Positions 28,687 through 40,500 of a stretch of 64,000 nucleotides of DNA are shown here, one piece after another; positions within the stretch are counted from its first letter, which is position 1; each line of letters starts with the position of its first letter. The position numbers were made by a program, and so were the translations under genes. Under the pieces are notes generated by a model. It had not been told where the DNA came from. It saw only the letters and a program-made list of their open reading frames with translations, and did no database searches. The stretch comes from Candidatus Woykebacteria bacterium (GTDB lineage Bacteria; Patescibacteriota; Microgenomatia; Woykebacterales; RBG-16-39-9b): contig JBBDPM010000006.1 of assembly GCA_040876345.1 (NCBI GenBank), forward strand, positions 264,547-328,546. Reading direction: 5' to 3'.

Positions 28687-29787
28687 ATGAAAAAATCATT
28701 AGACAGGATGCTTAAACGCACAGTTGCAATCTTAGTCTTATTGACAATAATAGCCCTTCCCTTTTCATTCAATAAGGATGTTCAAGCTGCATCTCACACA
28801 GCTATATCTGATACTTTATCACGTCTCCAAGACACAACTACAGCCAACCACACAATTCAGTTTGATCTCGCAACCGCTTGGGATGATACGGAAGCTCTTG
28901 TAGTAGATTTTGTCGACGGTGATGGTTTTAGCACGGCCGGTTTTGCTAATACTGAAGCCGAAGATTTTGATATTACTTGGGAAGGAGCTGAGCAGACTAT
29001 TGTGGCCGCCGGTGGTTGTAGTGGAGCTGCCATTGAGATAGAAGTTACCACTGTAGACACAACTACTGATACCTTTACCTTCACCCGCTGCACTGGTGAT
29101 GCTGATTCAGCCGCCAATGACACTGTGGTTATTGAGATTGGTACCAACGCAACCGCAGGCAGCGCTGGTAATGACCAAATTGTAAACGCTACCAGCTCTG
29201 GGAGTAAAACAGTATCGCTAACCGGTCCGACTTCTGGAGATAGCGCTCAATTTGCTCTGGCCATAATGAGTGGGGATCAGGTTACCGTCTCAGCAACTGT
29301 TGATCCATCAGTTACTTCTTCGCTAAGTGCCTCAACCTGTACTTTGGGTACTCTAGTCTCAAGTGCAATCAATTTTTGTTCATACACCAATACGGTTTCG
29401 ACAAACGCAACCAGCGGCTACGCATCCACTATAGTTGAAAACGGAAATCTTTGTTCTCCTTCCGTCGCCGTTTGTACAAATACCGTAGATGATGCAGCTG
29501 GAGATAACGACGTGGATCAAGCTAGTGAAGAATATGGAGTCTCTAGCAACGACACTACAGGTACTCAAGACATTATTGATAGTACTGGATGTGATGACAG
29601 TGGAGTTGTTGAAGCAGCCAGCGCAATTACAACAAGTGCCCAGGTTTATGCTGACAGCGGTGATGGCGATACTGGGCCAGTTTCGGGCGCGGTTACCACT
29701 GTTTGTCACTCGGCTTCTGTAAGTGGTACTACACCGGCCGGAAGTTATAGTCATATTGTCACTCACATTACGACTGGTACTTTTTAA
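28687..29787 (+). CDS. Secreted S/T/G/D-rich surface protein (366 aa), paralog of the preceding gene, same C-terminal module ...AGSYSHIVTHITTGTF
   Basis: Signal peptide. Shared ASAITTSAQ...C.SAS.SG.T.AGSYSH..T.ITTGTF ending. Confidence 0.7.
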   Translation: MKKSLDRMLKRTVAILVLLTIIALPFSFNKDVQAASHTAISDTLSRLQDTTTANHTIQFDLATAWDDTEALVVDFVDGDGFSTAGFANTEAEDFDITWEGAEQTIVAAGGCSGAAIEIEVTTVDTTTDTFTFTRCTGDADSAANDTVVIEIGTNATAGSAGNDQIVNATSSGSKTVSLTGPTSGDSAQFALAIMSGDQVTVSATVDPSVTSSLSASTCTLGTLVSSAINFCSYTNTVSTNATSGYASTIVENGNLCSPSVAVCTNTVDDAAGDNDVDQASEEYGVSSNDTTGTQDIIDSTGCDDSGVVEAASAITTSAQVYADSGDGDTGPVSGAVTTVCHSASVSGTTPAGSYSHIVTHITTGTF

Positions 29788-29794
29788 TTAACAA

Positions 29795-30868
29795 ATGACT
29801 GCTCAACTGCCTAGTAAGAAAGTATTAATAGCCCTTTTAACAACAGTGTTTGCGCTGGCAACCCTCAGCTCTACTCTATTCGCTCAAGAATCTGACCAGA
29901 AAGAAGAAGCTGCTGAAGGTAGCGTGGGTATTCAAATATCCGCCCCTATCTATAACTTCGAAATAGACCCCGGTAAATCGGCTCAGGAAATAATCAAAGT
30001 GCGCAATGTCTCTAATATTGTACACACTTTTTACCCAGAAGTTTTTGACTTTAAACCAAAGGACGAAACTGGAACTCCGGAATTTTTAATTGGCGATCAG
30101 AGCAACTCTTATGGGTACTCGCTCGCCTCTTGGATAAAAATCGCCCAGGAAGGCATAAAACTCGCTCCAGATGAATCAGCGGCTTTGAATTTCACCATAA
30201 ATGTACCAGCCGATGCCGAGCCAGGTGGTCATTACGCCGGAGTATTGTTTGGCACTTCAGCACCAAAAGTGGGCGGAAGCCAAATTGGAATATCAAATAA
30301 AGTTGGCTCGCTTATCTTAGTGAGAGTTGCCGGAGACGCGAAAGAGTCAGCAAATATTAAAGAATTCACCACCTCAACGAATTTTTATGAGCAAGGGCCA
30401 GTCCCATTTACAGTCAGAGTGGAAAACACGGGCAACGTTCACGTTATACCAAAAGGCGTAATTGAGATCAAAAATATTTTTGGTAGTTCAGTAGCTACAC
30501 TTAACGTTAATGAGAAAGATGGCAGCCTACTTCCAGAGAGCATCCGCGCCTTTATGGATAAAGATGGTAACAAAATTACCTGGAGTCCAGATAGTCTAAC
30601 GATTGGAAGGTTTACGGCAACCTTAAACTTAACCTACGGTGATCCTGCTAAAAATCTAACCTCGAGCGTCACTTTCTGGGTGGTGCCTTGGAAAATATTA
30701 CTCGTAATTCTACTTGGTCTAATAATAATAATTCTTATGATTATCTTCCTAGTTAAAAAGTACAATCGCTGGATTGTTTCGCGAGCGACGAATAATGCGT
30801 CTGGACCGGGGCAAAATCCACCAACAAGGAATAGTCAAGGCGGGCCTGCCTCCCCACCGATAGGCTGA
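29795..30868 (+). CDS. Cell-surface protein with signal peptide and C-terminal TM anchor (possibly DUF916/CscA-like)
   Basis: Signal peptide, a beta-rich ectodomain (ISAPIYNFEIDPGKSAQEIIKV...GGHYAGVLF...VGSLILVRVAG), C-terminal TM ILLVILLGLIIIILMIIFLV, then a positively charged, Pro-rich tail. Confidence 0.55.
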   Translation: MTAQLPSKKVLIALLTTVFALATLSSTLFAQESDQKEEAAEGSVGIQISAPIYNFEIDPGKSAQEIIKVRNVSNIVHTFYPEVFDFKPKDETGTPEFLIGDQSNSYGYSLASWIKIAQEGIKLAPDESAALNFTINVPADAEPGGHYAGVLFGTSAPKVGGSQIGISNKVGSLILVRVAGDAKESANIKEFTTSTNFYEQGPVPFTVRVENTGNVHVIPKGVIEIKNIFGSSVATLNVNEKDGSLLPESIRAFMDKDGNKITWSPDSLTIGRFTATLNLTYGDPAKNLTSSVTFWVVPWKILLVILLGLIIIILMIIFLVKKYNRWIVSRATNNASGPGQNPPTRNSQGGPASPPIG

Positions 30869-31473
30869 TGAGAGCTTTCTCCTCTTTAGCTTCAGTTTTG
30901 CTAGCTTTCATACTAGTTTCTCCAATATATGCTCAAGATGTGGACGTTGGTGGTACGGTGGATAAAGAAAACCCAACTGTCTTAATAACTAACCCGATCA
31001 ATGGATCAACCGTATCAGGAACTATAAATGTTACTGCAAACGCTTCGGATGATGTAGGGGTCTCTAAAGTAGAATTTTACGTCGATGGCGATTTAGTTGT
31101 TACCGACACAAGCGCACCTTATGGATTCGGTCTAGACACAAAAACCTTCTCTAACGGCTCTCACACGCTTCTGGCAAAGGTTTATGACACCGTTTCCAAA
31201 ACCGCTACTGATAGTGTTACTTTCAAGACAGCTAATAAAGTGACTCTTGAATCACCAACAAAACGGATACAAGAGCCAACCATCGGCCCGCCAAAGGTAG
31301 CCACGAAGTCAACTGGGGAGGGTAGAAAAACCACCTTAGTCCAAATACCGGAAGAGGAAAAGGAAGGAGGCCCGTCTAATAATCAACGGGATTTTATTTT
31401 AGGGCTTATCATTGGAGTTGAGATTTTTTCGGTCCTACTCTTAATTTATCTACTACGCAGAAGGAAAACTTAA
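30868..31473 (+). CDS. Surface protein with a bacterial Ig-like domain and C-terminal TM anchor
   Basis: Signal peptide. Ig-like segment VSKVEFYVDGDLVVTDTSAPYGFGLDTKTFSNGSHTLLAKVYD. C-terminal TM ILGLIIGVEIFSVLLLIYLL plus RRRKT. Start overlaps the stop of the previous gene. Confidence 0.6.
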   Translation: MRAFSSLASVLLAFILVSPIYAQDVDVGGTVDKENPTVLITNPINGSTVSGTINVTANASDDVGVSKVEFYVDGDLVVTDTSAPYGFGLDTKTFSNGSHTLLAKVYDTVSKTATDSVTFKTANKVTLESPTKRIQEPTIGPPKVATKSTGEGRKTTLVQIPEEEKEGGPSNNQRDFILGLIIGVEIFSVLLLIYLLRRRKT

Positions 31474-31745
31474 ATACCCAAGAAGATTTTGACTACGTTA
31501 TTGCTGACCTCTAGCACTCCATTTCTAAACTGATAATTAACCCCTTTGCCATCAACTGTTCTTACAATAATTCGGTCTTTGATAAGACTAATTAAATTGG
31601 CATGCTGGGGAAGAACATCAAACGGGCCTAAATCATTTTGGGTGGAGATAGATGAGGCTTTGCCTTTATAGTCCGGATCACGAGTAAAGGAATGCCAGAG
31701 AATTGAAACATCCAGTTCGTTTTTGGTCACTACTTCTTGGTTCAT
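31470..31745 (-). CDS. atpC: ATP synthase F1 epsilon subunit (short form, beta-sandwich domain only)
   Basis: Directly downstream of atpD. FDVLPQHANLISLIKDRIIVRT...NGVLEVSNNVVKIF resembles the epsilon N-terminal domain (ILPGHAPL..). The C-terminal helical hairpin is absent. Confidence 0.65.
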   Translation of the reverse strand: MNQEVVTKNELDVSILWHSFTRDPDYKGKASSISTQNDLGPFDVLPQHANLISLIKDRIIVRTVDGKGVNYQFRNGVLEVSNNVVKIFLGI

Positions 31746-31752
31746 AAAATCC

Positions 31753-34006
<2,254 letters not shown>

Positions 34007-34010
34007 AATT

Positions 34011-35498
34011 TCAAACTACTGTGTTTTGGATTCTTGAATATAGAATTTGCTCAATTTTCTCTCGGTTTGCTCCTAGATAGTTTTCTAGAGCCTCAACATC
34101 TTCAAACTTTTGCAAATCTGCCACAACACTTTCAAAGGCACATTTCGCAAAGGCCTCGACGAGTTTTGTCCTCTCAACCCGCACTTGCTCAATATTTTTA
34201 CTAGACCAATAATCTGAAAATGCGAGGCCAACAAGTATAAGTGCAACATCTTTCGGTATCACGGTGTATGTCTCTTGATCAAATATAGCCTCGAGTCGCT
34301 CTCCAATATTTAAGTCCGATCTTGTTTTGAGTGGAAGATCAAAGCCAAAATGTGAAAGCTCCTGGGCTTTGCGATAAAGGTTGAGTTTTTCAACAAGAGC
34401 TCTTCTTATTTTTTGCTCTAGCATATTTTGGGTTTGATTGCCAACTCTTGTTACTGAAAGAGAGGTATTTACCGCGGGCCTTCTTCCCTTTTTAAATTCT
34501 GCCTCGTCAAAGAAAATATGACCGTCCGTCATAGCCATAGAATTTGTTGGTAAGTAACCGGTTAAGTCGCCTTGGACTGTTTCAACTACTGGCAAGGCTG
34601 TGATACTGACTGAACCACTCCCGTATTTGATCCTACCGGCTCTCTCAAGAATTTTTGCGTGGATGTGAAAAATGTCGCCCGGGTAACTCTCCCTGGCTGG
34701 CATCTTTTTAGAAAGTAGAGAAATTTCCCGGTAAAATTTTGCGTGGTTTGTAAGGTCATCCAAAACAATTAGTACATCTTTCCCCAAATCTCGAAAATAC
34801 TCCGCTAAAGTAAAGGCGGAGTAAGGCGCAAGATAAACGAGGGATGCGGGATCAGCTGACGACGCAAATACAATAACACAGTTTCCCAAAATCCCAGTTT
34901 TCTGAAGATAATCCTCAATACTTTTAATATCCGATTTTTTCTTTCCAATTCCAACATAGATACAAATAGTACCTTTTTTTGCCTGGTTGTAAATTGTCTG
35001 GAGCAAAAAAGTGGTCCTTCCAGTTTTTTGATCCCCAAGAATAAGCTCCCTTTGACCCTTGCCTAAGGGAATCATATAGTCAACTATTGCTACACCAGTC
35101 TCAAGCTGTTCTGAAATTTTAACCCTTTCCTGAATCCCTGGCGCTTTATTGAATACAGGCCTAGACTCTTTCTCCCCCATTGCTGGACCAAGGCCGTCTT
35201 GGGTATTCATAAGGGGTCCAACAACCCTACCTAACAAATTTTGTGATACCTGGATCTTCATATTCTCTCCGGTTCTTGCAACTCTTTCCCCTATTACGGG
35301 TAGATCGCTCTCCAAAAGAATTACCTCTACAAGTTCTGGGTCGATAGATTGAACAATACCTTTCTTTCCAGTCTCAGTTATTACTACCTCAGAAAGCTTA
35401 GCCTTAGGCAGACCGGAAAGATAAATGACTGTATTTAAAACACTCTCCACTCTACCGATTTCTTGAGTTTCCCTTAAGTAGTCGTCGAAGGTTTTCAT
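34011..35498 (-). CDS. atpA: ATP synthase F1 alpha subunit
   Basis: Walker A ELILGDQKTGRTTFLLQTI. 495 aa. Confidence 0.95.
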   Translation of the reverse strand: MKTFDDYLRETQEIGRVESVLNTVIYLSGLPKAKLSEVVITETGKKGIVQSIDPELVEVILLESDLPVIGERVARTGENMKIQVSQNLLGRVVGPLMNTQDGLGPAMGEKESRPVFNKAPGIQERVKISEQLETGVAIVDYMIPLGKGQRELILGDQKTGRTTFLLQTIYNQAKKGTICIYVGIGKKKSDIKSIEDYLQKTGILGNCVIVFASSADPASLVYLAPYSAFTLAEYFRDLGKDVLIVLDDLTNHAKFYREISLLSKKMPARESYPGDIFHIHAKILERAGRIKYGSGSVSITALPVVETVQGDLTGYLPTNSMAMTDGHIFFDEAEFKKGRRPAVNTSLSVTRVGNQTQNMLEQKIRRALVEKLNLYRKAQELSHFGFDLPLKTRSDLNIGERLEAIFDQETYTVIPKDVALILVGLAFSDYWSSKNIEQVRVERTKLVEAFAKCAFESVVADLQKFEDVEALENYLGANREKIEQILYSRIQNTVV

Positions 35499-35950
35499 GA
35501 AAAAGCCCCCTTAACTTTCTCTTTTACAACTTGGTCCAGTATTGAAGCGTAAGAATAATCTCGGAAATTTCCCATAAACTCGATGGTTGCACCCGCCAAT
35601 AAGTCTCTCTTTACCGTAATTTCCAGTACTAAGTGATCACTCCTCCCTACATTTAGTAGTCGGGATATCTTCCTAATAAATTCTTCGTTTGGCTCAAAAG
35701 CAAATTCAAGCCGAGCCTTTGGTAATTTGACGAGAAAGTCTTTTAAGTTTTTCAGCTTTTTAGCTAAATCTTCTTCGGGTGGTTCCCTGTTACCCTCAAT
35801 CCCAAGCTCCTTTAAAACTTCGGGAACGCCTGGATTTACCTCTGCAAGGTTCGTCCTTGCAGATTCACCTATCTTCGCTATTTGGTAAAGCAAATCATTG
35901 AGCTCCTTTGTTGTATATATTTTTGCTATAACTTCTCTCGAGAGTTGCAT
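35495..35950 (-). CDS. atpH: ATP synthase delta (OSCP) subunit, short
   Basis: Operon position and a delta-like C-terminal pattern (LLAGATIEFMGNFRDYSYASIL). 151 aa. Confidence 0.65.
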   Translation of the reverse strand: MQLSREVIAKIYTTKELNDLLYQIAKIGESARTNLAEVNPGVPEVLKELGIEGNREPPEEDLAKKLKNLKDFLVKLPKARLEFAFEPNEEFIRKISRLLNVGRSDHLVLEITVKRDLLAGATIEFMGNFRDYSYASILDQVVKEKVKGAFS

Positions 35951-35952
35951 GC

Positions 35953-36627
35953 CTACAAAAACCTTTCATTTTTGGCGCGCTCGAGTGCCTTAAGTACAAG
36001 CTCTTCGTGTTTACCTGTATCAACCGATTGCTCAATAGTTTCTCTAGCAACATCAGAAACCACCAGGAATATCTTCTGATCAAGATCATTTTTCACCTTT
36101 TCTTTATAAGAGGAGAGTTCTTGGTTGACCTTACCTCTCTCCTCGATAGTGGCCTTGATAAGCTCCTCTCGCAGCCTGCCAATCTCAAGCTGGATGGAAG
36201 ACTTGGCACCGGCCACTACTTTACCAAACTCAGAGTTTTGAACTTGGGCTAAATTCTCAAATTCTTTTTTATAAGATTCTGTGATAGTATTTATTATATT
36301 TTGAAATACTTCAGAATCTTTTGATATAGTATCCCTAACTAACGCCTCTGCTTTGGCGTTTAATTCTTGCCTCATTTGCTCCCCCACATCCTCTACACTC
36401 TTGAGTTCTTCTAGGGTCTCTTCCACCGTATCTTTAGATTCCTCAAGCGCTTCGCTCAAGACCTTTTTCTCTTTGCCGACAACTCTATTTCGAAGTTTCA
36501 ATATCCTTCTTAGAAATGGTGTTAAATCGGCTAAATTGCGTTGAGTTTGATATAAACTAAAAAGGAGCAATAAAACAATGAGATTTAGGAAAATTGATCC
36601 TATTAATAGTATTTGTAAGGTGTCCAT
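35953..36627 (-). CDS. atpF: ATP synthase Fo b subunit (long, 224 aa)
   Basis: Single N-terminal TM LLIGSIFLNLIVLLLLFSLY followed by a long charged coiled coil. Position upstream of atpH. Confidence 0.7.
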   Translation of the reverse strand: MDTLQILLIGSIFLNLIVLLLLFSLYQTQRNLADLTPFLRRILKLRNRVVGKEKKVLSEALEESKDTVEETLEELKSVEDVGEQMRQELNAKAEALVRDTISKDSEVFQNIINTITESYKKEFENLAQVQNSEFGKVVAGAKSSIQLEIGRLREELIKATIEERGKVNQELSSYKEKVKNDLDQKIFLVVSDVARETIEQSVDTGKHEELVLKALERAKNERFL

Positions 36628-36628
36628 A

Positions 36629-37459
36629 TTATCTGCCTAAGAAAATTAACAATAAAGAAAGCCCTACTCCGGCTGCTGTGAATATTAAAACTGTTAATAA
36701 ATTCAAAAACATGCTACCTTGGATAGTCCCCTTTGCCAGTGGGTTTCTGCCAATTGCAACTATTCCAGTCCTAACTGCCCGAGCTGCTGAAATGAATCCC
36801 AGACCAAATGATATAATTATTAAAATTAGGGCGAACAAGTATCTAAGCAAAAGTTGAAAGTTGTTAGGCTCTTGAAGACTTGTTGAGGTAAAAGCAACTA
36901 GCTTTTGCCAAAGGTCATCGGCATTTTGTCCCCCCAGTTGAGTTTGATAATGAATATTAATTTGCACAGATATATTACCCACCCCACTGCCAGAATACGA
37001 TGCTAACGCCTTACCGAGAACCACACCAGCTTGTGTGGCCTTTTGACCAACACCAGGATCTTTTGAAGCAGTGATAAAATCGCCCAGTGAAATGTTACCG
37101 TTTACCGTTGATACTTTTACGAGCGCCTCACCCTCTGAAACTATAGCTTTTGACTTGTCTGTTTTTTTGTTGAGTTCAATGGCCGGGTTTTCAACAACTA
37201 CTCCAAAAACATTTTGATCGTAGGCAACTACTGCGCGGACCAGATTATCATCCTCTGTAATTGAGACTATATCTCCCGCCTGCGCTTCGCTGTCAGAAAC
37301 CTCAAGATTTGTGGCAATCTGCGTCCCCAAAAACTCTTGAGCAAAACTACTGCGCGGGAATATAAAACCAAAGACCGCCATTATCAACATTAAACCCAGT
37401 AAGGTTCGAGTGTACATAGGCTTAGAAACTAGTGACCAGAGACCAGGGGAAGTTATCAT
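36629..37459 (-). CDS. Fusion protein: signal/TM + extracellular domain (homologous to the giant-protein C-terminal module) + C-terminal Fo c-subunit-like helical hairpin lacking the ion-binding carboxylate
   Basis: The C-terminal 75 aa (GLGFISAARAVRTGIVAIGRNPLAKGTIQGSMFLNLLTVLIFTAAGVGLSLLLIFLGR) align to c-subunits (ARQPE loop becomes GRNPL; ...IYLGR end becomes IFLGR), but the conserved TM2 Glu/Asp position is Leu. Residues ~40-200 (IVSEGEALVKVSTVNGNISLGDFITASKDPGVGQKATQAGVVLGKALASYSGSGVGNISVQI) match the giant proteins' C-terminal module. It sits in the atpE position directly upstream of atpF, and no atpB lies between it and the next gene. Confidence 0.6.
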   Translation of the reverse strand: MITSPGLWSLVSKPMYTRTLLGLMLIMAVFGFIFPRSSFAQEFLGTQIATNLEVSDSEAQAGDIVSITEDDNLVRAVVAYDQNVFGVVVENPAIELNKKTDKSKAIVSEGEALVKVSTVNGNISLGDFITASKDPGVGQKATQAGVVLGKALASYSGSGVGNISVQINIHYQTQLGGQNADDLWQKLVAFTSTSLQEPNNFQLLLRYLFALILIIISFGLGFISAARAVRTGIVAIGRNPLAKGTIQGSMFLNLLTVLIFTAAGVGLSLLLIFLGR

Positions 37460-37540
37460 TGTCCCTGACTTCTGGTCCCTTGCATCTAACCAAATGGTAT
37501 CACAAACTTACTCAATTACTTAAATACTTGAAGCTGATAC

Positions 37541-40500
37541 TTGACAAATCTTCCAGGAAATTTCATAATTTTAGGTAGAGTTTCCCGTGACGGGAAAGCC
37601 TACCTCCCGTGGGAAACCAAGTTCCAATCTCTGCCAATGGAACCGACTAAATTAGAGGGCCAAACATTACTGCCATACTCTGAAATCATTACCCTTGCTA
37701 AGAAGGTGGGTGTTGATTTTGGTAAAGGCTATCCCTACAATAGGCTCCGCTACTACACCAAAATCGGTCTTTTACCCCGCGCGCAAAGAAAATCTTTTGG
37801 TGCATCACCTGAAGGGTGTTACCCCTCTTGGGTTGTCGATAAGTTAGTTGATGTAGACCGAAAGCTAAAAAGTGGCGCAACAATCCAAGCAATTCTCCGG
37901 GAAGAAAGTGATCCAAAGACTAACCCTGTAACAAACCTTGAACCAATAACTTTAACTCCGGCTTACGGAGTTTACCCAAACCTCCTTGCCCAATCCGAAA
38001 TCGATCATAGATCGTCGATAGTCGATAGTCGAACTTCGAACATCGACCATCCAACATCCTGGTTTCCCTTCTTGGGTAAAACCCTCGCCTACTCTACTTT
38101 ATTATTAATAATACTAGGTGCGTCCCTAGTGAGCGCTTACTTTTGGCCACCGACTCATCAAGGGTTGAGAAATATAGCTGCCAATTTAGGCACGAAAGAT
38201 TCAATTTCCCGTGACGGGAAAGATATTTCCCGCTCCGCCAACCTCCTAAGTGACAAAGTTGGATCGGTACTTGGCCGGGCCACTTCCCCATTCCTTAAGA
38301 TAAATGTTGAAACTGAGATGGATAAACTCCTGTCCGCAAACGGCGGCATTGTAACTAATGGTGCAGATGTTAACCTCGGAGATGGTCAATTAACCGCTTC
38401 GAATGTTATTTACGATATTGTAGCTGGTGAAAATGTGACTGTGGGTACTGGTCAAACTCCAACTATCTCTGTACCAGACATTACCGCTGGAATTGGATCT
38501 GTAAGTGGAACAGCCGGAAGAATCACATCCACTGGAGGTGATAACCCTGCTATAAATATTGCTAGCAACTACGCGGGTCAGACTTCCATCAATACTTTAG
38601 GTACTATCACAACTGGCAATTGGAATGGATCAGTAATATCCGATGCCTTCATCAACAATAACCTAACGATATCTTCTTCCGGCAGTGTTGCCTGGTCAGC
38701 GCTAAATAGCTACCCTGCTTCTTGTGGAGCCGGTGAATTCGTTCGAGCAGTCGGCGACGCTCTTACTTGTGTTGCCGAGTCTGGTGGTGTCCCAACAACC
38801 AGAACTTTAACAGCCGGGGCTGGTCTGAGTGGTGGTGGCGATCTTTCGGCGGATAGAACTTTTGATGTTGGTGCGGGTAATGGAATTACGGTAAATGCTA
38901 ACGACGTAGAAGTCAACGCGAACGCGGCCGATTTTGAATTTGTGGCCGGGGTTTTAAATATTGCCGCTGGTGCAATTGAAGATGATGAGGTGGATGATGA
39001 TATAACTATTAGTTCATCTGGCAGTGTTGACTGGAGTGCGCTAACGGGTTACCCTGCAGATTGTTCTGCTGGATCTGCCCTAACCGGGTTTAATGACGCA
39101 AACCCCGACACCTTTGATTGCGATGCGGATTTTGTGGAAAGCAACGTCGCGGAAACTATTACCGGTGGTTGGGTCTTTAATACCAACCCAACAACATTCG
39201 ATACTGATGCCACTTTTAACGCTGGTATAATTGCTAGTGCGCTTTCGGGAGCAGCCGGTACTGCCTTGTGTATTGATGGGACCGATAACATAGTTACTTG
39301 TAATGCAGGTTCCTCTTCCGCTACCCTGCAAAGTGCCTATGACGCTGGTAATTCTATCACCACAGCCGATGCAGATGGCAGCATACTCTTTAACTTGGCT
39401 GACACTGCTGCCGATCAAGATTTCATTGTTGATATTTTAGGAACCGGGAATACTTTTGAAGTTCGGGATAATAACTCCCCTATTCTTTCAGTGGCCGACG
39501 GCGGAACAGTCGGCATCACCGGTACCTTGGACGTTTCTGGCCACGGTGCTTTTGGAGGAGGCGGAAGCGTTTTAAGCTCTCGAATTCTTAATGTAAGTGA
39601 AACTTTCACAACAGGTGGTGCTAGAGGGCTGGTAGTTAATCCTACGTTTAACCCAAGCGCCTTAACCACCGTTCGTTCCTTCGATAACACACCTACATTT
39701 GGCCCAACTGGAGCAAGTACTATTACAATGGTGGGCGATTACGTCAAAAGTACTGTCGGTGGTTCCAATACAGGTGCTGGAACGAGTCTTTACAACTCCT
39801 ACATTGACTCGCCAACAATTGGAGGCACAACAGTTGTCAACAATTATGGCCTTTATATGGCTGATCAAAGTGGTGCCACAAACAATTACGCACTATACCA
39901 AACCGGAACAAGCGCCACCAACATATTGAACGCCAACACCAGAATTGGCTCTACTACTATCCCTGCAGCGACTTTAGATATAGCTGGGACTTTGCTCGCT
40001 GATTCTGATGTTACTCTCAGTCATTCTGGAACAGAAAATTTGGAAATTATATCTACTAGTTCAACTGATATGATTAACCTTGCTATATACGCACACGCAT
40101 CCGCCCTGGCTGGTGCCAAGACTGGGATTCTAATCTCCAATGCTGGGGGAGGATTTCCTGAAGGTCTTGACATAGGACTTAATGTCACAAATGTAAATGG
40201 TCTTGATATGCCAGACGGTATATTAATCGACTCATCTTCTGGAACTTATACAGATGCCATTGATGTTTCAGATTCTGACATTGTGAATGCCCTGAACGTA
40301 GGTAGTAACGTAATTTTAGGAACCACACCAACAATTGATTTCACTAATTTTGATGTTTCTAGCGGTGGGCAGCTTACATTTACTGGCGTCTCAACGGATA
40401 TTACTACGGGGGCAAACGAAGATTTAACTCTTTCACCAAACGGTACTGGTGACATTATATTGTCCACTGATGGAGATACTTCGGCAATTCTATCTTCCTT

